Of a stretch of DNA of 64,000 nt, positions 63,844 through 64,000 are shown piece after piece. The notes under the pieces are model-generated. The model saw only the letters and a program-made list of their open reading frames with translations. It was not told the DNA's origin and did not search any database. The stretch covers positions 3,776,001-3,840,000 of the forward strand of contig CAWIAD010000002.1 in NCBI GenBank assembly GCA_963833985.1, in the 5' to 3' direction. This DNA comes from an uncultured Planctomycetaceae bacterium (GTDB taxonomy: Bacteria > Planctomycetota > Planctomycetia > Isosphaerales > Isosphaeraceae). A program made the translations under genes and the position numbers. Numbering within the stretch: the first letter of the stretch is position 1; each line of letters starts with the position of its first letter.

Positions 63844-64000
63844 GTGAGCCAGACAAGGATCGCCGGCATTTCCGGCCTGCGCGGTGTGGTTGGTCAGGGA
63901 CTTGACCCCGTGGTCACCGTCGAGTTCGCCGCGGCCTACGCCAGCCAGTGCCAGCCCGGCGCGGTGGTGCTGTCGCACGACGGCCGGATCTCCTCGCGGG
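63844..64000 (+). CDS. Phosphohexomutase (GlmM/PMM family), 5' part only
   Basis: Translates as VSQTRIAGISGLRGVVGQGLDP..EFAAAY..VVLSHDGRISS. Truncated by the window edge. Confidence 0.8.
   Translation, partial: MSQTRIAGISGLRGVVGQGLDPVVTVEFAAAYASQCQPGAVVLSHDGRISSR

Overview
GC-rich bacterial DNA whose gene content points to a planctomycete, probably Isosphaeraceae-like. This is an inference from the membrane-anchored ECF sigma factor, the PVC-type heme-binding dehydrogenase, DWG-motif Ser/Thr kinases, a PEP-CTERM protein and BON/TPR proteins. In order, the window holds: a Tad/Cpa pilus secretin module facing a KaiC/RAD55-like ATPase; an ABC export system; folD; a giant TPR protein and a TPR kinase; a type IIA topoisomerase pair in A-then-B order; a TPR multiheme cytochrome; a complete IS5-family element; a hydroxyproline catabolic trio; hypF-hypE with no other hydrogenase genes; and housekeeping genes (glycerate kinase, thiL, tsaE, hemQ/chdC, maf, and the start of a phosphohexomutase). 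The most striking structure is a 2.7-kb IS66-derived non-autonomous element (40134-42827). It has both terminal inverted repeats and an 8-bp target duplication, keeps only tnpA, and carries an ECF sigma factor fused to six near-identical beta-propeller repeats. At least a dozen genes show small frameshifts. These are most likely long-read consensus errors, so split genes are not called pseudogenes. I recognised no rRNA, tRNA or CRISPR array. All calls come from reading the sequence; no database search was run.
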